From contig JBIJDH010000025.1 of assembly GCA_044344255.1 (NCBI GenBank), positions 31,889 to 95,888 on the forward strand: a stretch of 64,000 nucleotides of DNA, given 5' to 3'. The position numbers were made by a program, and so were the translations under genes. The notes under the pieces are model-generated. The model did no database searches. It saw only the letters and a program-made list of their open reading frames with translations, and had not been told where the DNA came from. This document shows, piece by piece, positions 9,049 through 17,573 of the stretch. The stretch is from Myxococcota bacterium. GTDB lineage: Bacteria > Myxococcota_A > UBA796 > UBA2385. Each line of letters starts with the position of its first letter. Position 1 is the stretch's first letter.

Positions 9049-9177
9049 CCCGAGCAGCCGGCCAGCCCGGATGAGGGCGTCTACGGCGCGGATCCGGCCC
9101 CGAACACCACTTACTCTTATCGAGTGGGCGGGCCCGAGGCGTGGTCGGAGGTCTATACCTTCACCACTCCAGGGGTG
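9049..9177 (+). pseudogene. relic of a purple-acid-phosphatase-type N-terminal (Fn3-like) domain; no start codon
   Basis: Intergenic frame reads ...PEQPASPDEGVYGADPAPNTTYSYRVGGPEAWSEVYTFTTPGV. The P-N-T-x-Y-x-Y-R-V-G...W-S-x-V-Y-x-F-T-T-P pattern is typical of the N-terminal domain of PAP-like metallophosphoesterases. There is no ATG/GTG and no catalytic domain follows. Confidence 0.3.
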
Positions 9178-9211
9178 ACGGGCAGCACGAGCCCCATGCG
9201 CGGGCAAGCCC

Positions 9212-11119
9212 CTATCGGGGCGCCCCCGTCTCCCCGAAGACCCGCCGGGTGAAGGGGTTGAGGAGCTTGCCCGTGGGGTCCTGCTGGCGGCGGAGCGCCT
9301 GAAAGCGGGTGTATCGGTCACCGTAGACCGCGAGCATCTGATCGGCCATGTAGTTGGTCTTCTTGCCGAGGTGAGGCTGACCGCCGTATCGGAGGAAGAT
9401 CTCGTCGGCCTCTGCGTAGACCTCGGCGTCGAACTGGGAGAGCGGAGTGGCGAGCTCGATGTACGCGGTGGGCCGACCCACCCCGGGCCCGAGCAGCGCC
9501 GCCGACTGGTCGGGGGTGAAGCGCAGCTCGACGATCGAGAAGAAGCGGCGACGGGAGAGCATGTCGATGATGTCCTTCGTACAGGCCCGCCACACCTCGA
9601 AGGGGAGCCCGTACTCGATCTCGTCGTGCCGATAGAAGAGCCGGCGCCCGAAGCCCATGCTGCCGGGCATGACGAGGCGGTGGTCGGGGGCGAGCGTGTC
9701 GGAGGCGAAGCCGTCCTCGTCGAGGCTCGCCAGCACCTCGGCCACGCCGGGCAGGGCGGCGCTGATCGCGAAGTCTGTGAGCTCCGCGCGCGCCTTCTGC
9801 TTCTGCCAGTCGGGGGTCAGGGGCTCGGTCGTGCGGTTCCAGCGGTGCATGCGCACGCTGTCGCAGCGCTCGCCGCCGCCCACGTAGTAGAAGCTCAGGT
9901 GCTCGTTGTGGGCGAGCAGCGCCTCCATCTCGGCCTCGACTTGCGCCCGGTCGACCATGGCGGTGCTCTTGGCGATGTGGAAGGCCGGGACGAGCTGGAG
10001 CTCCACCTCCGCGATGATCCCCATGGTGCCGAGCGCGCCGAAGGCCGCGTGGAAGATGGGGTCGCCGGGGCGATGTGTGCGGGCCACGCCGGCGGCGTCA
10101 ATGATCCGCAGGGACAGGACCTGCTCGGAGAGGAAGCCGTGGTCGCGGCCGGAGCCGTGCAGATCGGTGCAGATGAGGCCGGCGATGCTCTGGGCGTCGG
10201 TGGAGCCGAGCACCGGGAGGCCGAGGCCCGCGGCCCACAGGGCGGTGTTGAGGTCGCGGAGGCGAATGCCCGCCTGGACCCGCGCGGTCCTCGCCGCTCG
10301 GTCGATCGACAGGACCGCGTCGTAGGCGTCCAGCGAGATGAGGGTGTCGGGGGAGAGCGGTGAGTCGTTGAAGGTGTGTCCGCCGCCCACGACCCGCAGC
10401 GCCTGAGACTGGCCCACCACCTGACAGAGCTCGGCCTCAGACTGGGGACGCAGGTAGGAGTTCGGTTGGACCGAGTAGTTGTTCGTCCAGTTCCGCCAGA
10501 CACCGTCCGCGAAGTGCCCCTCGTGATCGGCGGCGCCGGTCGCGAGATACAGCCCGCCCTGTGCGAGATCGAAGAGGTGCGTGCCCATCCGTTCGGCGGC
10601 CCGACTGAGGAGGCCCCGGATCCCCGTGCGCTCCCGGTGATAGGCCCCGAGGGCCTCCGCGAGCCCTTCGAGGCCATTTCCGTGCAGCGCGCGGAGGCAG
10701 AAGGACTCGGACCAGCGGCGATCGACATGGCCGAGGGCGTCGATGCGGCGGCTGAGGGCGGCGAGCTGCTCCTCGCGGAGGAGGCCTTGCTCGCTGCGGC
10801 CGCTGTCGGTGATGATCGCGGCGCGCACAAACGCTCGGGGGAGCGTCAGATCGCCGTCGGCGGCGGCGCGGAAGGCCGCCACCAGGGCCTCGACCGTCGC
10901 CGACTGAGCGACCGTGGGCATCGGCGTCCAGGGTCGGCGAGCGGTGCTCTCGAGCCACCAGCGCAGATCGGTCGCCTCGAGTGAGTCGGCGGCGCCGGTC
11001 GCGGCCTTCACGGCGAGGTGGTCAAGGGGCCAGGCGCCCAAGCGAAGGTCGACCGCGGCCCGCTCGTCTGGGGTGAGCTCAAGGTAAGCGGGGTGGTCCT
11101 GGATACGTCCCTGGCTCAT
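9212..11119 (-). CDS. FAD-linked oxidase of the D-arabinono-1,4-lactone / L-gulonolactone oxidase family with an extra ~190-aa N-terminal domain
   Basis: Start at ATG 11119 (MSQGRIQDHPAY) within track ORF 9212..12043; the upstream part is antisense to the DJ-1 gene. ALRVVGGGHTFND is the FAD PCMH domain. LGSTDAQSIAGLICTDLHGSG is present. C-terminal ALO domain shows IVELRFTPDQSA and GGQPHLGKK. Confidence 0.85.
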   Translation of the reverse strand: MSQGRIQDHPAYLELTPDERAAVDLRLGAWPLDHLAVKAATGAADSLEATDLRWWLESTARRPWTPMPTVAQSATVEALVAAFRAAADGDLTLPRAFVRAAIITDSGRSEQGLLREEQLAALSRRIDALGHVDRRWSESFCLRALHGNGLEGLAEALGAYHRERTGIRGLLSRAAERMGTHLFDLAQGGLYLATGAADHEGHFADGVWRNWTNNYSVQPNSYLRPQSEAELCQVVGQSQALRVVGGGHTFNDSPLSPDTLISLDAYDAVLSIDRAARTARVQAGIRLRDLNTALWAAGLGLPVLGSTDAQSIAGLICTDLHGSGRDHGFLSEQVLSLRIIDAAGVARTHRPGDPIFHAAFGALGTMGIIAEVELQLVPAFHIAKSTAMVDRAQVEAEMEALLAHNEHLSFYYVGGGERCDSVRMHRWNRTTEPLTPDWQKQKARAELTDFAISAALPGVAEVLASLDEDGFASDTLAPDHRLVMPGSMGFGRRLFYRHDEIEYGLPFEVWRACTKDIIDMLSRRRFFSIVELRFTPDQSAALLGPGVGRPTAYIELATPLSQFDAEVYAEADEIFLRYGGQPHLGKKTNYMADQMLAVYGDRYTRFQALRRQQDPTGKLLNPFTRRVFGETGAPR

Positions 11120-11131
11120 CAATCGGCCTCC

Positions 11132-12016
11132 ATGATCTCCTCTCTCTTGCACGATCTCCCGCCTTGTGCCATCCTCACTGGCCGGAGAGAAGATTTGGAG
11201 ATCTGCTTCCCGCTCCCCACGCGCGACTTCGATCCTACCGAAACCGCGATCCCTTGGCGGACGCTTGTCGACGCGGGGCACCGGATCCTCTTCGCCACCC
11301 CCGACGGTCAGCCTGCGCAGGCCGACGAGCGCGTGCTGACGGGGCGAGGCTTCGCGATCTGGCAGCCCTTCTTGCGGGCGGGCGCCCACGCCCAGGAGGT
11401 CTACCGGGAGATGGCGGCGAGCCCGGCCTTCCAGCGCCCGATCTCCTATGCGGAGCTCGACCTGCGCTCGCCGGACGGCCTCGTGTTGACGGGCGGCCAC
11501 GCCCCCGAGATGAAGGCCTACTTGGAGGCGGAGCCCGTGCAGCGCCTCGTGCTGCGCATGATGCGGGCGCGCCGCCCGGTGGGCGCCCTCTGTCATGGCG
11601 TGCTCGTGTTGGCTCGCACGAGAGACCCCGCCACGGGCCGCTCCGTGCTCCACGGGCGGAAGGTCACCTCTCTCAATCGTGTGCAGGAGCTCCTCGCCTG
11701 GGGCATGACGGGCCTCTGGCTCGGGTCCTATTACCGGACCTACCCAGAGACGGTGGAGGCGGAGGTGCGGCTCGTGCTGGCCTCCCCGAATGACTACCTC
11801 TCCGGGCCCTTCTCGGTGCTGCGGGAGGGCCCGCGGAAGCTCGGCGTCGGCTTCGTGGTGCGGGACGGGAACCTCCTCACCGCGCGGTTTTATGGGGACG
11901 CCTATCGTTTCGGCCAGGCCTTCCTGTCGATGCTGGAGGAGGGGCCGGGGCCGGGGCCGGGGCCGGGCCCGGGGGCGGACGGGGAGGGGGAGGGGCCTCC
12001 ACCGGGGCCGGCTTGA
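11132..12016 (+). CDS. DJ-1/PfpI (class I glutamine-amidotransferase-like) family protein with (GP)n tail
   Basis: DFDPTETAIPWRTLVDAGHRILFATPDG, LVLTGGHAP, nucleophile elbow GALCHGVLVLA. ATG 11132 leaves only 12 bp to the divergent gene. In-frame TTG 11195 (MEICFPLPTRDFDPTE) is a plausible true start. Confidence 0.8.
   Translation: MISSLLHDLPPCAILTGRREDLEICFPLPTRDFDPTETAIPWRTLVDAGHRILFATPDGQPAQADERVLTGRGFAIWQPFLRAGAHAQEVYREMAASPAFQRPISYAELDLRSPDGLVLTGGHAPEMKAYLEAEPVQRLVLRMMRARRPVGALCHGVLVLARTRDPATGRSVLHGRKVTSLNRVQELLAWGMTGLWLGSYYRTYPETVEAEVRLVLASPNDYLSGPFSVLREGPRKLGVGFVVRDGNLLTARFYGDAYRFGQAFLSMLEEGPGPGPGPGPGADGEGEGPPPGPA
11941..11964 (+). repeat. (GGGGCC)4 hexanucleotide microsatellite in the 3' end of the DJ-1/PfpI gene
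   Basis: Four perfect ggggcc units at 11941-11964, followed by gggcccggggg. Encodes GPGPGPGP. Confidence 0.9.
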
Positions 12017-12070
12017 CGGTGTTACGGTGGGGGGCCAGGCCATCGCCGGCTGGGTGAGGGAGCGGTCTCT

Positions 12071-13366
12071 TTGTTGACGGAATTGTTGTTTATCCTCGGG
12101 CTGGTGCTCCTCAACGGGGTCTTCTCGGGGGCAGAGATCGCCGTCCTCTCGATGCGGCGCACCCGGCTGAATGAGCTCGCGGAGGACGGGAGCCGCGCCG
12201 CCGCGGCGGTCCTCAGCCTCCGGGCTGACCCTGAGAGCTTCCTCGCCACCGTGCAGATCGGCATCACGGTGGTCGGCTCTACCGCGGCGGCCTTCGGCGG
12301 CGCCTCGCTCGCCGACGAGATCGCCCCCTTGCTGGCTCGGGTGCCCGTGCTGGCGCCCTACGCCGATCGCATCGCGCTCGGAATTGTCGTGGGGATGGTC
12401 TCCTTCCTCTCGCTCGTGGTGGGCGAGCTGGTGCCGAAGTCACTCGCCCTGCGGGCGGGGGAGTCTTACGCGCTCCTCGTGGGCCGTCCGCTGAGCAGCC
12501 TCGCCTGGGCCGCGCAGCCGATCGTCAAGCTGCTCACTGGCTCCTCGAACCTCGTGCTCCGCCTGTTCGGAGACCGCACCACCTTCACCGAGACCCGCCT
12601 CTCGCGCGAGGAGGTGCAGCAGATCGTCGAGGAGGCCACCACCGTCGGCTCCCTCAACGCGCAGGCTGGCGAGATCGCGGCGCGGGCCATTGACTTTGGC
12701 ACCCTCGACGTCCACTCCGTGATGGTGCCGCAGCCGCGAATGGTCGTCCTCTCGAAGGAGGCCACCGCCGCCGAGGTGGCCGCCGTGGCGCTGCGCTCCG
12801 GTCACTCCCGCCTGCCGGTGTACGACGAGCGCCCCGACAACGTGGTGGGCTTCATCAACGTCCGCCGCTACCTCGCCGAGCAGGCCCTCCGGCCGGGCGC
12901 GCTGTTGTCGGAGTTTGTGCACCCCATCCCGCTCGTGCCCGACACCACCTCCGCGCCAGCCCTTCTCCGCCGCCTGCAAGAAGAGCGCTCGCACCTCGCG
13001 CTCGTCATCGACGAACAGGGCACCATCGTCGGACTCGTGACGATGGAGGACCTCCTTGAGGAGATGGTGGGCGACATCCTGAGCGAGAATGACCGCCCCA
13101 GCGCCCGCATCGTCGCCGAGTCGGAGCGCTCCTGGATCATCCCGGCGGAGCTCGCCCTGCATACGGTCAATCGGGAGCTGGGCTTCGAGCTCCCCGACGG
13201 CTCCTACTCGACGGTCGCCGGCCTCTGCCTGAGCCTCGCCGGCAAGATCCCCTCGGTAGGGGAGCGCTTCGAGGGCCCCGACGGGCTCGCCTTCGAGGTC
13301 CTCGAGGCCACCCACCGCGCGATCAAGCGGGTGCGCCTCACCCGAGACCGGCCGATCGAGGACTGA
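12071..13366 (+). CDS. CNNM/HlyC-CorC family transporter (DUF21 TM domain + CBS pair + CorC_HlyC)
   Basis: LNGVFSGAEIAVLS and GELVPKSLAL mark DUF21. A CBS pair region follows (VMVPQPRMVVL...SRLPVYDE...). HLALVIDEQGTIVGLVTMEDLLEEMVGDI is present, followed by the C-terminal CorC domain. TTG start. Confidence 0.9.
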   Translation: MLTELLFILGLVLLNGVFSGAEIAVLSMRRTRLNELAEDGSRAAAAVLSLRADPESFLATVQIGITVVGSTAAAFGGASLADEIAPLLARVPVLAPYADRIALGIVVGMVSFLSLVVGELVPKSLALRAGESYALLVGRPLSSLAWAAQPIVKLLTGSSNLVLRLFGDRTTFTETRLSREEVQQIVEEATTVGSLNAQAGEIAARAIDFGTLDVHSVMVPQPRMVVLSKEATAAEVAAVALRSGHSRLPVYDERPDNVVGFINVRRYLAEQALRPGALLSEFVHPIPLVPDTTSAPALLRRLQEERSHLALVIDEQGTIVGLVTMEDLLEEMVGDILSENDRPSARIVAESERSWIIPAELALHTVNRELGFELPDGSYSTVAGLCLSLAGKIPSVGERFEGPDGLAFEVLEATHRAIKRVRLTRDRPIED

Positions 13367-13374
13367 ACCGAAGG

Positions 13375-14163
13375 TCAGGGCGTGGCGCCCGCCTCCCAGC
13401 CGCAGCCCACCGCGAAGACGTCTTCGCCCTGCGCCGCATAGGCTTCGTTCCAGTAGCCCCAGAAGTCCTGGGTGCGCGCCGCGAAGTCGGCGACCTCTGG
13501 GTCATCGGCCGCGGCGGCGGTCATCGCCTCACCGGTGGGGTCGATTTGACCCGTCGAGTTTCCGAGGCCGGGGACGCGGGTAGACAGGCGGTGCACGTCT
13601 TCCCCTTCGCCCCAGGTGTCGTCGGGATCGGCCATCGGCACGAGGCCCGGCTGATCGGACCAGGCCTCGACGAAGGTGATCTCACCTTGGTCGTTGAAGG
13701 TGAACTCCTCGTAGATCGGGCAGGCCTGCCCCGAGTAGTCGAAGTTCACCCGGCAGCGGGTGAAGGGCTGCTCGTCGAAGACGCGGCAGTCCCGCTCGGG
13801 CACGGTGGTGTCGGGGATGGCGACCAGCACGACGGCATCGACCGCCTCGGTGAGGTCACGGCCATAGCCGGTCAGGAGGAGCCAAGGCGGCCACTCCCAG
13901 CGGGCCACGAGCTCGGCGTAGGTGGGGCGGCTCGAGGCATCGGCGCTGGCGTCGAGGCTGTCGAAGTACCGCTCACCCTGTTCCTGGTACCAGGCCTCGG
14001 GCTGGGTGCGCTCGAGGCAGGTGGAGAGGGCGTCTTCGCCGCAGGCGGGGATCGGCGCTCCCGCTGTCTTGTCACAGCCGGAGAGGGCCGCCGCCAGGAG
14101 CGGGACGAAGCGAGCGCCGGGGGGCAGACAGGGGAGCGCTGGGGGGCGCGACGAACGGCTCAT
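13375..14163 (-). CDS. hypothetical lipoprotein
   Basis: Lipobox LAAALSGC, high-GC3 ORF. Its ATG overlaps the stop of the upstream exonuclease gene (ATGA, 14160-14163). No recognisable domain. Confidence 0.65.
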   Translation of the reverse strand: MSRSSRPPALPCLPPGARFVPLLAAALSGCDKTAGAPIPACGEDALSTCLERTQPEAWYQEQGERYFDSLDASADASSRPTYAELVARWEWPPWLLLTGYGRDLTEAVDAVVLVAIPDTTVPERDCRVFDEQPFTRCRVNFDYSGQACPIYEEFTFNDQGEITFVEAWSDQPGLVPMADPDDTWGEGEDVHRLSTRVPGLGNSTGQIDPTGEAMTAAAADDPEVADFAARTQDFWGYWNEAYAAQGEDVFAVGCGWEAGATP

Positions 14164-14768
14164 GGTCGCTCCGAAGGGGGGAAGGGATCAGGGGGCCGCG
14201 GGGCGCCGCGCGGGAGGGCGACGGCGAAGAGCCGCAGCGTGTTGGCCGCGTCCACGCCGGCGTCGTGGGCCGGCTGCTCGGGGTGGATCCCGTGGGCGGC
14301 GAGGGCGGCCTCCAGGGAGCGGCGACGGGTGCCCCCGTGGAGGACGTGGAGGAGCTGAGCGAGATCGAGGTTGGGCCCGAAGGGGCTCTCGCCGGAGTGG
14401 CGGGCGGCGTGCTCGGCGAGCCGGGGGACGTCGTCTCCCCAACAGACGGTGAGGCGCCGCGCGGGGGCCCAGGCCTTGCGGAGGGTAGACAGGACCTCGC
14501 GCAGGGGCCGCCCCCGGGACTGCAGGGTGGCCGCGTCGAGGCCGGTGAGCGCGGTGCAGAACGCGCTCACGCTGCGGTCGGGGGTCAGGCGGGGCGGGCG
14601 GACGAGCCAGGTCTCCCTGCGGGAGAGCTGGCCGTCGGCGAGGCGCAGCTCGGCCATCCCGATCGAGATGATCTCTCGCGCCTCTCCCTCGGGTGTGGGA
14701 CCGTCCCAGCACGTGAGCTCGAGGTCCATCCCATAGACACAGTCAGTGCGGAGCTCGGCGCCGGCCAC
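14160..14768 (-). CDS. DEDDh-type 3'-5' exonuclease (ERI-1/KapD-like)
   Basis: Exo I is GMDLELTCWDG. Exo III is PAHDAGVDAANTLRLF (H-x4-D). Size is about 200 aa. Confidence 0.8.
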   Translation of the reverse strand: MAGAELRTDCVYGMDLELTCWDGPTPEGEAREIISIGMAELRLADGQLSRRETWLVRPPRLTPDRSVSAFCTALTGLDAATLQSRGRPLREVLSTLRKAWAPARRLTVCWGDDVPRLAEHAARHSGESPFGPNLDLAQLLHVLHGGTRRRSLEAALAAHGIHPEQPAHDAGVDAANTLRLFAVALPRGAPRPPDPFPPSERP

Positions 14769-14878
14769 GGTCAGTCCTCCCGGTCCGCCACCCTACCAGA
14801 GCGCCGGCTCGTCGGGGGAGCCGCCCCCCGTCGAGCCGCGACCTGCTACCATGACCGCCTCGCATCAGGATCCGCGCC

Positions 14879-17554
14879 ATGTCTGACGCCTCGCCCGCCG
14901 CTCCCCACTCGCCGGCAGCACCCGCTCCCGCGCTCCACCCGCTCCGCTTCAGCCTCAACGGGCAGCCGGTGCAGCTCATGGTGGACCCCAAGCGCTCCAC
15001 CCTCGACGTCCTCCGCGAAGACCTCGGCGTCACCACGCTCAAGCCGGGCTGCTCTCCCCAAGGGGTCTGCGGCTGCTGTGTCGCCCTCGTCAACGGCAAG
15101 CCCCGGGTGACCTGCACGCTCGCCTGCAAGACGCTGGAGGGCAAGGAGGTCACGACCCAAGACGGCATCCCCGAAGACGAGCTCCAGCTCTACGCCGACG
15201 CCTTCGCCCGCGCCGGGGGCACGCAGTGCGGCTACTGCACGCCCGGCATCGTGATGCAGACCAAGGCCCTGCTCGACCGCGACCCTGACCCCGATGACGC
15301 CGCCATCAAGAGCGCGCTGGCGATGCACATCTGCCGCTGCACGGGCTGGGTGAAGATCCACGACAGCATCCACCTCGCCGCGAAGATGCGGCAGGGGGTG
15401 GCGCGCCTCGGCCTGGTGGCCGACGGCGTCGGGAACGGCTGGCGACAGGGAGACATCCGCGCCGCTGCGATCGGCCGGCGGCCGTACATCGACGACATGA
15501 CCCGCCCGGGAATGCTCCACGGCGCCCTCGTCTGGACCCCCCACGCCCGCTGCCGCGTGAGCCGGATCGACAGCCGCGCCGCGGAGGCTCTGCCCGGCGT
15601 GGTGCGAGTGTGTACGGCCGCCGACCTCCCCGGAGACCGCAAGGTGGGCCTCATCTTCCGCGACTGGCCGGTGCTCGTGGCCGTGGGCGAGGAGACCCGC
15701 TGCGTGGTCGACATCCTCGCCGTCGTCGTCGCCGAGACGCCGGCCCAGGCGCGGGCCGCCGCGGCGGCGGTCGTCGTCGAGGCCGAGGCCCTCGAGGCCG
15801 TCACCGACGTCGCGGTCGCCTTCGAAGACCCGAAGAACCTCCTCGCCACCGCGAAGGTGAAGAAGGGCAGCGTCGAGGGGGCCTGGGAGCGCTGCGCCCT
15901 CGTCGTGGAGGAGCACTTCCGCACCCAGGTCATCGACCAGGCCTTCCTCGAGCCCGAGGCCAGCCTCGCCATCCCCGACGGAGACGGCGGCTTCACGGTC
16001 TACTCCTGTGGGCAGGGCGTCTTCGATGACCAGAAGCAGCTCTGTCAGCTCTATGGGCTGCCGCCCGAGAAGCTTCGCATCGTGCTCGTCCCCACGGGCG
16101 GGGCGTTTGGCGCCAAGGAAGACCTCAACGTCCAGCCGCACGCGATCCTGGCCGCCAAGCTGACGAACCGCCCGGTCAAGATCGCCCTCGACATGGCCGA
16201 GTCCACTCGGTACCACCCGAAGCGCCACCCGCTCCGCCTCGACTACAAGGTGGGCTTTGACGCCGAGGGCCGCCTGGTGGCGGTCCGGGCGCGCATCCTC
16301 GGCGACACCGGGGGCTACGCCAGCGTGGGTGACAAGGTGCTGGAGCGGGCCGCCGGTCACTCCTGCGGGCCCTATCGGGTGCCGAACGTCGACGTCGAGG
16401 CCTATACGGTCTATACGAACAACCCGGTCTATGGCGCCATGCGCGGCTTCGGGGTCAATCAGTCGGCCTTCGCGCTCGAGGGCTGCCTCGACCGCGCCGC
16501 GGAGCGCCTCGGCCTCGATCCCCTCGAGCTCCGCGCCCGCAACCTGCTCCGCCCGGGAGACCGCTTCGCCACCGGGCAGGTGATGAACGAGGGCTGCGGC
16601 ATCGTCGAGACCCTCGAGGCCATTCGCCCCCACTACGAGCGGGCCAAGGCCGAGGGCAAGCACGTCGGTGTGGCCTGTGGCCTCAAGAACACGGGCATGG
16701 GCAACGGGCTGAAGGAGGTGGGCCGGGTGGAGCTGCTCATCCGCTCCGCCTCGGAGATCCGCCTCTACACGGGCTTCACGGAGATGGGACAGGGGCATGA
16801 CACGGTCATGGCCCAGATGGCGGCCGAGGCCACGGGCCTCCCGGCGGCCCTGTTCACCGTCGAGTGCTCCACCCGGGTCATGGTCGAAGGTGGGATGACC
16901 ACCGCCTCGCGCGCCACTTACCTCGGCGGCAACGCCGTCCGAAACGCCGCCGAGTCACTCACGGCGGCGCTCCAGGCGGTGGGCGGCGAGCTCGACAAGC
17001 TGGTCGGACAGCGCTTCCACGGGGAGTGGTGGGCCCCGCTCACCCACAAGCCTGGCTACGACCAGGACGTCCTTGCCCCCGTCACGCACTACGCCTTCGG
17101 CTTCGCCACCCAGCTCGCCATCGTCGACGCCGAGGGCCGCCTCGAGGAGATCGTGGCCGCCCACGACGTCGGTCGCGCGATCAACCGCGTCTCCTGCGAG
17201 GGGCAGATCGAGGGCGGCGTGCACATGGGCATCGGCTATGCCCTCTCCGAGGAGCTGGTCATCGACGAGCGGGGCTGGCCGGACATGAAGTATGGCAAGC
17301 TCGGCATCCTCAAGGCCAAGCAGATGCCCAAGGTCACGACGATCCTCGTCGAGAAGGCCGATCCCCACGGCCCCTGGGGCGCCAAGGGCGTGGGCGAGAT
17401 CGGCCTCGTGCCCACGGCGCCGGCGATCGCGGCGGCCATCCACAGCTTCGACGGGGAGTGGCGCACCCGCCTGCCGATGCGAGACACCGCGGCGGCGAGG
17501 GCGATGGGGGTGCGCGGCTCCAAGGCGGCGAAGGCCGCCGCCGAGCCCGTGTAG
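14879..17554 (+). CDS. molybdopterin-dependent aldehyde oxidoreductase, Mop type (2x[2Fe-2S] fused to MoCo domains, no FAD domain)
   Basis: GCSPQGVCGCCVALVNG and QCGYCTPGIVMQ...ICRCTGW are the two 2Fe-2S motifs. GGAFGAKED, YGAMRGFGVNQ and GQGHDTVMAQ are xanthine-dehydrogenase-family Mo-binding motifs. GAKGVGEIGLVP is present. The 891-aa length matches Desulfovibrio-type Mop. Confidence 0.9.
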   Translation: MSDASPAAPHSPAAPAPALHPLRFSLNGQPVQLMVDPKRSTLDVLREDLGVTTLKPGCSPQGVCGCCVALVNGKPRVTCTLACKTLEGKEVTTQDGIPEDELQLYADAFARAGGTQCGYCTPGIVMQTKALLDRDPDPDDAAIKSALAMHICRCTGWVKIHDSIHLAAKMRQGVARLGLVADGVGNGWRQGDIRAAAIGRRPYIDDMTRPGMLHGALVWTPHARCRVSRIDSRAAEALPGVVRVCTAADLPGDRKVGLIFRDWPVLVAVGEETRCVVDILAVVVAETPAQARAAAAAVVVEAEALEAVTDVAVAFEDPKNLLATAKVKKGSVEGAWERCALVVEEHFRTQVIDQAFLEPEASLAIPDGDGGFTVYSCGQGVFDDQKQLCQLYGLPPEKLRIVLVPTGGAFGAKEDLNVQPHAILAAKLTNRPVKIALDMAESTRYHPKRHPLRLDYKVGFDAEGRLVAVRARILGDTGGYASVGDKVLERAAGHSCGPYRVPNVDVEAYTVYTNNPVYGAMRGFGVNQSAFALEGCLDRAAERLGLDPLELRARNLLRPGDRFATGQVMNEGCGIVETLEAIRPHYERAKAEGKHVGVACGLKNTGMGNGLKEVGRVELLIRSASEIRLYTGFTEMGQGHDTVMAQMAAEATGLPAALFTVECSTRVMVEGGMTTASRATYLGGNAVRNAAESLTAALQAVGGELDKLVGQRFHGEWWAPLTHKPGYDQDVLAPVTHYAFGFATQLAIVDAEGRLEEIVAAHDVGRAINRVSCEGQIEGGVHMGIGYALSEELVIDERGWPDMKYGKLGILKAKQMPKVTTILVEKADPHGPWGAKGVGEIGLVPTAPAIAAAIHSFDGEWRTRLPMRDTAAARAMGVRGSKAAKAAAEPV

Positions 17555-17573
17555 CCCGCGGGCGGGTGCTATC

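Noticed and set aside
14879-17554. Co-occurrence of PFOR (1-421) and a Desulfovibrio-type Mop aldehyde oxidoreductase as a sign of an anaerobic metabolic island.
   Set aside because: The two genes are 14 kb apart, separated by unrelated genes on both strands. Both families occur sporadically in aerobes. Nothing in the sequence links them.
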